From the NCBI GenBank assembly GCA_030704615.1, contig CM060732.1:37510001-37574000 (forward strand): 64,000 nucleotides of DNA, given 5' to 3'. Below are positions 11,937-24,300 of this stretch, in pieces (position 1 is the stretch's first letter; every line of letters starts with the position of its first letter). This stretch comes from Takakia lepidozioides (lineage: Eukaryota > Plantae > Bryophyta). Below the pieces are notes generated by a model. That model was not told the origin of the DNA. It saw only the letters and a list, made by a program, of their open reading frames with translations, and searched no databases. Both the position numbers and the translations under genes were made by a program.

Positions 11937-13811
11937 ATGGAGTGTTTCGGTACTGTGATTTCCAATTGCGGTTTCGCGACAAAAGGTTCTACTGATCTCG
12001 CCAAGAAAATTGGAATTGCTGCGCGGTGTCCAAGCGCCTTGTATGCAGACCATGGTGGAAAGACTCTCTCTACGAAGAAGACGTGGAGATCAGACCGTCT
12101 GCAGTTGCCGGGTAGCCTCTGCATTGAGAAGGGATATCAATATGGCAGGAAGCCAGCAATTACTTGCAAGGTACTCAACACAGCTCTGGACCCACCGGCT
12201 GTTCAAACCCCAGAGTCCTCTCCAGAGCGTTTGCAGATCATGGAGGCCTCACAAACGGGCAATCTGGTGCCAGTGTTTCGCCGCATTTTTTCTGATGGTT
12301 TGACTCCAGTGGGGGCGTATCGTTGCCTTGTAAAGGAAGATGACCGTGGAGCTCCCTCTTTCCTTTTTGAGTCTGTTGAGAATGGGCCTACTGTCAGCCA
12401 GGGGCGAGACAACATGGTGGGCGCGCAGCCGTCCATGGAGGTGATAGCCAAGCAGGACTCAGTCACTGTATTGAACCATGAGGAAGGCACCCGGGTGGAG
12501 AAAATGTCGGATGATCCCATGTCGGAGCCCTCGGAGATTGCATCCCAGTGGCAGCCAGTTAAAGTTGATGGTCTTCCAGATGTATTCTGTGGTGGGTGGG
12601 TCGGCTATTTCTCATATGATACGGTGAGGTACACCGAAAGGAAGAAGTTGCCTTTTTCCGGAGCTCCTCAGGACGACCGTGGCCTTCCAGACATCCATTT
12701 GGGGCTCTACAATGACGTGGTGGTCTTTGAAAGTGTGTCCAAGATGGTGTATGTGGTGCATTGGGTCCACATTGACCGGTTCGACACCCTCGAGCTTGCT
12801 TACAAGGATGGGCGGCGCCGGCTGGATCAGTTGGTGGCTCGCCTTCAGTCTGTGGACAGACCAAAACTCCCTAGTGGTTCCGTGGACATGTCAATAACGC
12901 AATTCGGCTGAGACAAAGGGATTTCCACGTTTAGCCGTGATCAGTTCAAGGAAGCGATTTCAAAGGTGAAGGAGCACATTTTGGCAGGTGACATTTTCCA
13001 GCTTGTCTTGAGCCAGCGCTTTGAGCGTCGCACATTTGCTGATCCTTTTGAAGTCTACCGTACACTGCGCGTTGTGAATCCAAGCCCCTACATGATCTAT
13101 TTTCAGGCTCGGGGCTCGATATTGGTGGCTTCCAGCCCTGAGATCCTCACTCGCATCACAAAGGGGAAGGTGGTGAACAGGCCGCTAGCTGCGACTCGGA
13201 GACGTGGCAAAACAATTGTAGAGGACAAAGTGATGGAGCGTGACTTGCTGGCTGATGAGAAAGAGTGTGCCGAGCATGTCATGCTTGTTGACTTAGGCCG
13301 TAATGATGTGGGCAAAGTGTCAAAGGCCGGGACAGTGAAAGTAGAGAAGCTGATGGAGATTGAGCGCTTCTCTCATGTGATGCACATTAGTTCCACTGTC
13401 ACAGGTGAGCTGCTGGATGATCTCTCATGCTGGGATGCTCTGCGCGTTGCATTACCAGTGGGCACAGTTAGTGGAGCTCCCAAGGTGAGGGCGATGGAAC
13501 TCATCGATGAGTTGGAACCCACTCGAAGGGGTCCCTACAGTGGTGGCATTGGTGGGATCTCTTTCACTGGTGATATGGACTCAGCATTGGCCCTCCGCAC
13601 TATGGTCTCCCCTACCAAACGCACAGACACAATCTACTCGTACAAACATACAAACCATCGTTGTGAGTGGGTGGTTCATCTCCAGGCGGGTGCAGACATT
13701 GTTGCTGACAATGATCCAGAGAGTGAGTATCAAGAGTGTGAGAATAAAGCTGCCGGGCTTGGTCGTGCTATCGACCTTGCAGAGTCTGCCTTTGTGCAAG
13801 CAACTCGGTAG
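11937..13811 (+). pseudogene. ASA: Anthranilate synthase alpha subunit (TrpE-like, plastid transit peptide), intronless CDS with in-frame TGA at 12909-12911
   Basis: ORFs 11883-12911 and 12966-13811 are in the same frame and read QFG*DKGISTFSRDQFKEAISKVKEHILAGDIFQ across the stop. Recognised motifs are AYRCLVKEDDR, PSFLFESVE, GGWVGYFSYD, NPSPYM, EHVMLVDLGRNDVGKV, SHVMHISS, GTVSGAPKVRAM and ECENKA. Conserved glycines are altered (RPLAAT for RPLAGT; AGADIVADN for AGAGIVADS). Confidence 0.9.
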
Positions 13812-14238
13812 TTTCCTTCAAGTTCCATGGAAGTTCCTCTGTACACATTTTTCCTTGCAATCCTTGGCTGGATATTTCTTTGTTCCAGTGTACATATACT
13901 GTTGGAGACATGAAATTTGGACAAAACCAGTAAGTAACTTAGTGCCTCGCATATTTGGTGTGGTTTGTACACATGCTGCTGATTCTGAAAGTCAGAAAAG
14001 GCGGTTCACTGGACATTTGAGCTATCTTTTTAGGCACTTCCTAGAGTGTTGGTGTTGGAGAGGGTTGGATGGTAAGTAACTTAGAAGCAGACAAATGGGC
14101 TGCTGGGGCATTCAGCTCAGGATATTACTTTTTCGGTACTTTAATCAAGGCCTACGATTGAGGAATTTCTTTAAGAAAAAAAATTTCAATCTCATCAGCC
14201 TTTGTATGCTAACATCTAATAACACCGCATTCTTTTGA

Positions 14239-14856
14239 TCCATTCCAATGAGTCGCAAAAAGAACTTTCAAATTTCAAACTATTTTATGCGTGTGACTCT
14301 CGACAACTTATTTCTAGTATCATTCATAACTTTTAGATCATTGTTGCATTGTTCAATAGGGGCAGTAGCCGAAAGGTGAAGTGCTCTTAGTTACGCTAGC
14401 CTCGGCCTCGTCCTTAGCCGATAGTAAATGATTGATTCCCTAAACTACCTATGGTGTTAAAGTTTACCCCAAGGCTTGGCCAAGAGCAAGTTGCATACAA
14501 ATGCAATCTCAAGAGAATTCCTCAAGTATTTGATCACCAACAATTAGTCCATTCCAATGAGTCGCAAAAAGAACTTTCAAATTTCAAGCTATTTTATGCG
14601 TGACTCGACAACTTATTTCTAGTTCATAACTTTCAGATCATTAGTCGCATTGTTCAATGGGGGCAGTAGCCGAAAGGTGAAGTGGCTGGCTCTTAGTTAC
14701 ACTAGCATGGGCCTTGTCCTTAGCCATAAATGATTGATTCCCTCAACTATGGTGTTTACACCAAGGCTTGGCCGAGAGCAAGTTGCACATAAATTTGTCC
14801 ATCCAAATGCAATCTCAATGGAATTCCTCAAGTATTTGATCACCAACAGATAGTCT
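14239..14856 (+). repeat. Tandem duplication, two copies of ~309 bp
   Basis: TCCATTCCAATGAGTCGCAAAAAGAACTTTCAAATTTCAA starts at both 14239 and 14548. The copies stay co-linear, with small indels, through GAATTCCTCAAGTATTTGATCACCAACA. Confidence 0.95.
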
Positions 14857-15325
14857 AACGTTCAGTGGGTATTGTCTGTTATAGGTTTTGAGGGGATGAC
14901 CTCCACCAAATCACAGCTCCTCCAAAAAATGGTGTCAAATACTTTGCAGGAGAGCAGCAGATGAGCAAAGATCTGGTGGAGACATGGCAGATGGATTTGG
15001 AAAAGGAGTGTGGGTGGGAGAGGTAAGGACGTGGAGGGAACGTTTGGGTTTTGGTCGGAGTGAGTAACGTGCATCTCTGGATGGAGTGACTAGGTGCTGG
15101 ATAAAAACAACACCTGAGCAGAATTCGAGAGAATTAAGGGCCTTCCTTGTGGAAACTGCGTCGTGGGTGCGTGATGGGGTGCCTCCATCTTGGGTGCCAA
15201 GCTACATTTGGCACTGACAAGCTTGCGAGTGAGAGTATTTGGAATTTTGTTTGGATGTGGACGACGCGCGGAGGTGATGATTAAGGACGACTGGCATTGT
15301 CATGAATGCTGTGAGATTTGCGCCT

Positions 15326-18300
15326 ATGGAGTGGACGCCGGACAAGTTGTTGTGGCTGTTCCTGTTGATTGCCATCCTAGTGTGGATTTTTTTCAAGTAA
15401 GTTTTCTTTGAATCTCTATGGAAATTTGAAGCGAGGGATGTTCCTGAAGTTAGGAATACCTGCATTTGTAGGATTTGCCATATGGGTGTTCCGAGTGATG
15501 TGGGTTAGTACGTCAGTGCTGTCCATTCTTCTATTGGCGCGGTGACGGACGGATTCCAGTGTGCGTGAGTGGACAATGTTAGGAGAGCTTCGAAATCCTA
15601 TACTTTCAAATGGTTGCGAATAGGCTGGAGTGGCAGGGGGGTTGTTTTGGATGAACCCTAAAGCAGGGGAGGTGAAAACAAATCTGTAATTCAAAGAAAT
15701 GGAAATTGCTTCCCTTTGCATAATGGATACATCTTCAGCATGTTGAATTGTCAGTGCTGTTTTAAACCCAAATCTACTTGGGGTTTTCAATGAGATTCTA
15801 GAGATGTATGGCTATGATTAGGGGTATCAGGTGCACCAATTGCACATCCTCTTTACTACTCTTTCCAAGACTTTAACATAGTATATTGGCAGGCAGCTGG
15901 TTGCTAGGCTCGTGCGCAAGTTTGTATTTGCATTTGAAATTAGGGTACAAATATTTGAATTGCTATGCACCTACTTGATTTTCGGCTTTTTGGCAGATTC
16001 ACGGCCAAGCTGTCGGCATGGGCTCTCAGCAGAGCACTTGGTGCTGGAGTACACTTTCGCTTTGCTGGATTTGGTCTGGTCAAGGATGTGACTATTCAGT
16101 TTCGAAAGGTGAGATTGTTATGAAATTAACAACACATCTCTGTTGGGATTGATGGTGGCGGGAGTGTTTAACAGAATGGTTAGTGTTGTGTGTAGAGAGA
16201 AGAGAGAGTGAAAGGAGATTTAGTCATTGACAATAGCTGTTGAATATTGCATGTGGTGCATCATCGAGTGCATAATATACACAGGTTATCAACTCTTTTG
16301 GAACTGGTTGTTGGGTTCATGGGACTCAAGCCTGCAATGGCCATAGCACTTGCAAAATGCCAACAAACAGTCCAATTACATGGAACTATGTGTTCAACGG
16401 TGGGCTGGTGTTGATGGAAGACACAGTGTTGATTCCAGCTCCCCTTCTTGCATGATGAGCCCAAGTCACAGCAGCTCCAGATGGAGGTGGAATATGGTTC
16501 TTCAGAAAAGGAATTCCCCAATGATTTGACACATCAATTCCTTTACTCTTAGTTTGATCTTACCATAATCCCACGTTGGTTGCGGATAGTGCACCCATGC
16601 CCAGATCTTTTGCAAGATGTATGGTCTGGTCTCCAGTAACACTGCTGCGTATGGAGTATTTGAAGTAGTTGCCCCTCCCACTATCTCGGGTACCAGTGTT
16701 GTCGTAGGTTGGTAGGCCGTCGTTCTTTCCTTTGAGAGTTGGATGGCCTGTGGAATCTCCTTGAGAAATATCCTACAAGACCCACGAGTTATTTAAGTTC
16801 TTACTTTGTCCCGTTTCAATTAGAACCCGGATCTGGTGTTGACTATCTGAAATAGTGGCATGGTTTGCATATATAATTTGCTAAGGTCCCGATTGCGAGT
16901 TTGATATATAAAATATGGCCTGGGATGTTTCCTCTGAAAAAAGATAAGGAGAAGAGAAAATCAGATTGAAGGGAGAAGTACTTAATAAAATCCACAGGAG
17001 CCCTCAGGGCCCATGAGACAAACTAGAATGACAGTAAGCCACTTCAAAAATCAAATGAGACCTGAAGAGAAGTGCCATACACAGGTAGATTGCATGCACC
17101 CCGGTCCTCAAAAGTCGAAACTTCTGCCATGTTTGGAGTGTTTTCCCAGTGCCATGTCTCGGTCCGCAAGGGTGTGAGAACTGACTCTGAAGGAGCCCAA
17201 GGCCCTTGTGAGAGATGCAGAGAGTTTCCTACTGAGGTAGGAAGGCCTGATAATGTGTTTGTAAGTTACCATGAAAGTCTCTTCATAGAATTGCAGCTTT
17301 GGTGGAGGCTTTCTGTTTGGGTCCCTTTCATCATGCTTCTTAGAAAATGCCGTCTTCAAGGTCATAGCAACTTGTGCAGGTTAAGTTGCCCCTATCGTGT
17401 GTTTTACCAGGGGGTTCCAGATCCCAATGCATCAGGCATTTGAGCAAACGATAGTTTGGAAGGGAGAATTGAGCCATTGTGATTGCAAGATGGTGTACCA
17501 GTCATTGAACCATGGTTTTGTGCAAGCTAGTAGTATCCCTGGCAAGAGAGCTGAAGACCTAAAATGCTCTGTTTAATGGTCTTTTCAGCTGAAGCTGAGG
17601 TCTGTATGCTGTGAAGGCAACACTGTAATGCGAAAGCATGCTTATGTGTCTGGGGATAATTGTTCTCAATGACAGGGTGCCATTGCATCGCTGGCGATTG
17701 GAGAGGTAAAGTTTGGGATACACAAGCAGCTATCAGCATCGGGATTTGGGATGGTATTCCAGGACTACAAAGTTCAGCTTTCTCTATCTGATGTGGAGGT
17801 TGTGTTACAAAAGTCTAAGCAGACCTCTAAGAGAGTGAAACCCCACGCCAAGCCAGGCAGTTCCAAAAGCACTTCCTCTGATCAAAGGAAATGGTTGCTT
17901 ATAGCTAACCTATCCAAGCACCTTAATGTGTCAGTGGCTGAGCTGGTGTTGAGGGTGGCTGAGGTCAGTGTCCTTTCTTTCTTGACAGCATCTCTTCCCA
18001 TACTTGGTGTTGTCTTTTACTCCTGATAGCATGAATTCACCCAAGTCTGCGATCCTTACTCCAGTTTTCTGTACGAAGGCTAATACACACCTAAAGATTG
18101 GAGCTGGGACTTGACATTGACGGGAAGCAGGAGGCAATGGACACTAGTGTATTCTTTATCTCACTCTCCATAACATCGCTGTATTGCAACGTTAGTAACT
18201 TGTGTTCTCTTGAAAAGCAATTAATGGAGTTAAGGAGACAGATCTTCAGCAGTTAGCCTTGTCCTTCTGACTGGAGTTTAGTGTTGCCTGCTTGAGGAGA

Positions 18301-21300
18301 GCAGTGAGGATAGCAATCCTTTGTTGCCTGTGTCAACAATTGCAGTCATCTGTGACATAGCATAGTGCTGTCTAGGGTTGCAGATGTGAGCGTAGTATTG
18401 TTATTGTAGTCTCAACTGAAAGTGTGGCAAGCAGATGCCAATGGTTTCACTGGATATTAAGGAGCTGGATCTGAAGATGTGCAAAGAGGATGGTGCCTCA
18501 ATCTTGTTAGGGATGAGGCTGTTGATTACGCCGTGCACAGTTTATCTTGGTGGAAAGCAGCACCGTAATGAGAAATCAAGCATCTCCAAGTTCAGAGAAT
18601 GCTTTCTCTCAGTGAAAAGAGCACCTGCAGGGCCAGTCGTTGACAACGTACCCAATGTTCTCTTCTTGCTTGAGCGGGTGTTGGTAACAAGCAGTTTTGG
18701 CCATGATAGGTACTGGAGGTTTATTTGGGCTTTGCCAAGGGTAGGATATCAATTTTGACTTTGCAAATATTTGTTTTTGAATATCTACCTACGGTGGGGT
18801 TTCTGCCGAAATCAGGTTAATTTTGATGAAGCGGACGATTCATTTTTTTGGCTCTATTCAACTAGGACACCAAACTTTACCAAGTTGTTTGCCATAATAC
18901 CCAACTTCAGCTGGAGGTGTCCTTGTCTATGCTTGCTTGCAGGGAAGCTGGACTGATGGTCCGTCAAATTGAAGTGAGTTGTGGGGATGCTATAGTGGAC
19001 TTGAGCGAGGAGTTGCTGCTTGGAGACACAGGTCTCTTCCGAGCTTCCAATCCAGCTGAGGTCCGTAATATAGAAGATCAGGAAAAGGTCATAGCTTTTC
19101 AAGAGGGCCAAGCATCTTCAAGCTCAGACACCCTAGAAGATGGTGTGGCAGGGCGTCGTGTTGTGAAGGTCCCTGACAAGGTGGGTACTCGGTACTTCAT
19201 TGACTTACTAGTCGCACTTCTCTGATGTGTTGCAGTCTACAAGTGCCACATTTCTCTGTTTTTTCCACCAGCAGTGTCATCAGAATATGTAAAGTGTCCG
19301 ACAAGTAAGTTTTTGTCACTGATTGCAGTAGCTGTTCTGCATTTTTAGAATTCTAATGCTTGGCTTGCAATCAGCTCCCTGTTAACGGAGTGAGTGACAG
19401 ATGTTTGCTTCATTGCATGCACTGTACTGGCTAGCATGCACGTAGGTTTCTGAACGTGATAATGATTAGTCAATTTCTCATGTCCACACTGGACCTAAGG
19501 TCAGGAGCAAGACATAAGGAATGGCCTTAAAGCCAGACTGACAGACATGAAAATAAGTGACATCACAAAACAAAATACCTGTCATGTTGAACATTAATGG
19601 CCAGAATGTATGAAGCATGATGTGGGGCTCAAGTGTACTGCTACCAGCCTGAAAATCTTTGGCTTTGCCTCTGTTTTCGGTTCTGACACTAGACTATTGG
19701 ATCTGAAGCTTGGCTTCACTCTGCCAAAGCTGAGTGTCAAGTGCAGTCATGAAGGAGGAGTGATGGAGACTCAAGTGAAAGGCATTCAGCTGCGGGGTGG
19801 CAGGTCCCATCTATCGGAACAAGCAGGCGATCTTATATCTCAGCTGGACATTCACATGGATTGCGGTGAAATTCTGGTGGGGTTTACCTCTGGCAGAACT
19901 GGCCATTGCCTCTGCTGTCTCTTAGGTTTGTTTTTCATTTATGAGCAGTCTTTGTGAGGTATACAGGCTGTTCAAGCAAACATGATTGCGTGGATTATTT
20001 AAGCCTTCAAGTGATGTTTGGCCAAGTTCTGGTGAAATGCGGGCTGCGGGAATGAATCAGAGTGCTAGAGTTGAGCTCAACATACTACTGGAGTTTTGAA
20101 GCCATCATATTTTAAGGGAGTCGAGGTTGTTTGTGTTGACTGAAAAGGATAAAGCTGGTGGGAGCAGCTGAATACCACCATGCAGCCTCGTGGAAGCCTT
20201 TTCACCTTTCAGTGAATATTTTGCATTGTGCTTCATGAGCCTTCACATCTGTGTTACATCTTAGTCTGCAGTGAAGATTTTCTAGCTTCTATGCTTAAGA
20301 TCATTTGCTCGAGAGGAAAACAATCAAAGTTGTGCGGGTTGGGTGTGTAGGTGTTGCAAGAAAATAACAAATCATTGTTGGAGATCTTGAGGGTGGCCGT
20401 GGCAGCTTCCCTTGAGTTTCCTGTCGAGGTATAGCTCTTACTGTAGGTCTCTGTCTCGGTGAGTGTGGTCGTGCTTAAAGTGTACCCGTGTCCCTGGGAT
20501 AACTAGTAGGGACTGTACAGTGGATGCAGGAGAGGTTTGATTGAGGAAAAGAAACATGGATGCACTCTTAGTCGAAAGACTTTCAAGATGAATGTTCATT
20601 CTGCCATGACAAAAGGCTGATGCTGAGGAGGCATACCATTGTGCGTACACAGAGAATACTCCTTTGATTGGACAAAGAGATTTGTCATTATGATATTGAT
20701 TCTTTTTTTCTTGCTTGCAGGCAAGTAGACCCTTACAGGCTCAGATTGATGTCAAGTTGGGGGGAACCCAGTGCACCTTGTTGACAGCTAGCCTCGATTG
20801 CTGGCTCAAATTTGTGCTGCGCATGTTGGACAAACCTGGTAGGAAAGACAAGCATGGGAGAGAAGCTGAGCCTCTCCTTGTGCAGAAAGGAAATCAAGTA
20901 AAAACATGGAAAAGAAGGATATGCTGGGGTTGCACGCTGTCAGCACCTGACATGACCTTGGTTGCTCACAGTCTTGATGGCATGGCCCTCTACAACGTAG
21001 GTGCTCTTTTGCCTCTCCCTACAGTCCGGGTTCAAAGTCTCTGCAAAGTGTTGCAGGAAAGCTTCCCTGACAGTCAAATAGAGTCCCAGTACCTGTCTTT
21101 TTCCGTAGTGTAGATCAAACCATACCTATGCTTTTGTATTCCTGTATTTCAGCCCGTCCTCCTCTTTGGCTTACCTCCTTTCTGCACTTCTGAACCAGCT
21201 TATAACCGGGACAGGACACAGTCATTGTCGGTCAGGTTATCTGATGATCAGGCTATGTAATGAAGAGATTTGGATTAAACTCTTTGTTTCCTGTAATGTC

Positions 21301-24300
21301 AGCAGCTGAGGGGCTGCTGGTACTAAGGCAAGGCACGTCAAATTTGGATATTACCTGTCTAGCTTGCCTTGTATCGGGCAAGAGTTGTGGGCTGAAGGGA
21401 TGTGGTTGGGGGCGGTGGGGGGCGGATGGATCTGAACAGGTTACCTCACAAACATCACACTTGTTTGTAAATGCGGGGTCAGGGCATGGGTTGGGGCTAC
21501 ATGCTGAGCTGGGGGAGTGCCACATCGGCATTGCTGATGAGGTGGATGGCACCTCCAAAGATTGGTTTGTTGGAGGGGAATCTCTTGGAGGCTGCTTGCT
21601 GCGAGTTTCACGTGTGGTTGTTGAACGGGGATTGGTTGACTCTGAATCAACTGAAGATGAGGCCGTCGAGAAGAACTTGACGCTTGCTGTTGAGGCCAAA
21701 GGTTGCGAGATTTACTTTAGTATTTTGCGCCTGCGTTCCATACTCTCCACTGCCATTGCATTGGAAAGTTATCTTAAAACCACACCTATTAGAAGGAGTA
21801 GGGAGGGCAGGAGCAACAGGCCAATGCAGAAGATAAAAGGCGTAAGAAAGGCGATTTTTCGCATTGAAGGGATCTGTGTCCAGTTAATTGGATCCCTACA
21901 TGTACAGGACGAGTCTGTTCTGGATCCAAAGAAGGTTAGTCATGGGTCTCAAGGAGGTGAGAAAGTTGTGACACAGATGCAAGATGGTAGACTACGCACA
22001 GCTACCATCCACATTGCCGACAGTGACGGTCTGAGAACCAAATATAAGGCCATTGCTGAGGTGGCGCACCTCCACTTGTGCTTTGATCGAGACCCAAATG
22101 GTGTCCGAGTGGAAGTTGAGAGAGGACATCTGCACTACCAGGAGGTGGACTCTCAAGAGACCATTGTTGGTCAAGCGACAGTGTTTTCTGTACAAACTGG
22201 CGGAGGGATTTATCAGGCAGCTGTAGCTGGCACCGAAAAGGGCCACTGTACTCTTGTAAGTGCGACTGACGTAACAGCAAGATGGGAGCCTGACTTGCAC
22301 TTGCTCTTTCATGAGGTAGGTTTGCAAGTGAAAGCACTTTTAAGTTGGTGCAAATCATCACGGAGAACTAATCGGAGCAGTGAGGAAACTGATTTCAAGA
22401 ACAAAGAGAATGTTGAGTGGACCTCACCCAAACTTGCCGTAGCTATTGATGTTGAGGGTCTGGACTTCACAGCTGAAGTGGCAGATGGAGTGGAATTGGG
22501 AGTACATGTGCAGTCCATATTCTCAGAAGATGCTGAGATTGGGGTGCTCCTAGAGAGGGCATGGTTGGCTTTCAACAATGCCATGGTGTTGAGAAGTGAA
22601 CGCCTGCAGATATCCCGGATTCCTGTTATTACGGAAGACTTAAATGGGCATGCTGGACTAACTGGGCCACCTATAGGTGCTGCTGGAGTTGGGGAGCCTA
22701 TTTTATGGGACTGCATTGTACAGGGCAGTGAAACACGTGTCATCATGCCCTACAGATTGCCACTGAGAGCTATTGAAGATGCTGTTGAAGACATGTGGAG
22801 GGCGCTCAAATTGGCCATGGTTGCCCAGAAGAAGAGGCTTGGTGTGGAGGTGCCAACCACTGGTGCAACTAAAGTAAAGAGGAAAGTTTCTGAAATGAGA
22901 GCTCTGAAGTTTGTGATGCAACAGATGGTCGCAGAGATTGAGGAGGAACCCCTCCAGGGCTGGTTTGACCAGCACCATCGCCTAATGGGTGAGGGAGTGT
23001 GTGAACTCAGTGTTAGAGAGCAATTTTTTGAGGACAAGGTTTCAATGGAGGGCAGCAAAGTTGGAAGCGGCCATTCGAATCCAGACATGGAAGATATGGA
23101 AGGGTCGAATGGTATCCACAAGCTCATGGAGACAGGCTTACTGGACCCGGATACCGTGAAAAGAGAGTGGGAGCGACTTCACAAGCAAACATTTGATGCG
23201 TACCGCAACTCTTGCAAGAAACTGGTGGCAGATGAAGGATCGGGGGCAGCTTGTGTTGGTCTTCAGGCAGGCTTCAAGCCTACTGTTACACGCCGCTCGC
23301 TGGCATCAATCCAGGTAGATAGCCTTGACGTGGTGCTTACAAAGGTGGAAGGAGGACACAACGGGATGATTGAGATCATACACAAGCTGGATAGTGTCAG
23401 CCCAGATGTTCTAGTCCCGTTCTCAAGGGTGATGGGCTGGAAATTGCTAGTGCATGGCACTGCTCTTGCTGCACGGCTTCGTGATTATCCATTTCCAATG
23501 CTTGCTGCAGTGCGTGGCAGGTGTGCGGGGGTTGTCATCCTTGCCCAACAGGTATCCTCATCCTGCATTTCTCTGTGTGCCCCATTCAGTGATGCTAATG
23601 GCCCTATTTTCTTCCTCATCAGTTCTCCTTTCATGGAGTGTTCTCTGAGAGAGGTCTTGTTCTCTCCTGTCACTCCTTGTTTTGAATTTCAGTTGAGTAG
23701 GCAACTGGAGCAAACAGTTGTGTTTGTCCTGCAACTTTGGCAAGACAGCTGGGTCTGTCTTTCGTACATAGTGCTAGAGCATTCTACAGGTGCAGCGTCT
23801 TCGTCCTCAGGGAGGTAAGACCACAACACTAGTACAAGATCTTTGCCAAAATCATTCCGAGTTTCCCTTGATCTTGAAAGCCTTACCATTTAGTGACTGC
23901 AAATGTTTGTTGCCTACCATAGGTATATCTAACAGACCTCTCCCACAAGAGATCTATGTCAGATGCCCACTACTAATTGTCCTCTTTTACATTCTTTCAC
24001 TTCCTTTCTTTACTTTCCGGTTCCTTTACATGCTCTAGATGTAGAGACGTGGAGACACAGGGCCCTCAAGGATAGGTCACTTTTTCTTTCCTGGGCTACT
24101 CTTGTCAAGCAGGAGTGGTAAATCAAACACACATTTAATGGCAAAATATGTAGTATGTACGGTGTATAAAAATACAAATAGGTAGTACATGTCTCACGAG
24201 GATAGACTAGTCCAGTGTGCAAATAACATGAGCTTGAGAAAGAGCATAATGATTGCCTTATGGTTTGCTAAAGTGATTTGAGTTGGTTTCTCAGAGATGG

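Noticed and set aside
12909-12911. TGA as selenocysteine or as a U-to-C editing site
   Set aside because: Land plants lack the Sec machinery and the position is not a Cys site. U-to-C editing is organellar, whereas this locus is nuclear.
16260-17520. Probable decayed LINE pieces in SABRE introns (also ~33100-33600 and ~34650-35160)
   Set aside because: The composition is suggestive, but I found no motif clear enough to call by eye.
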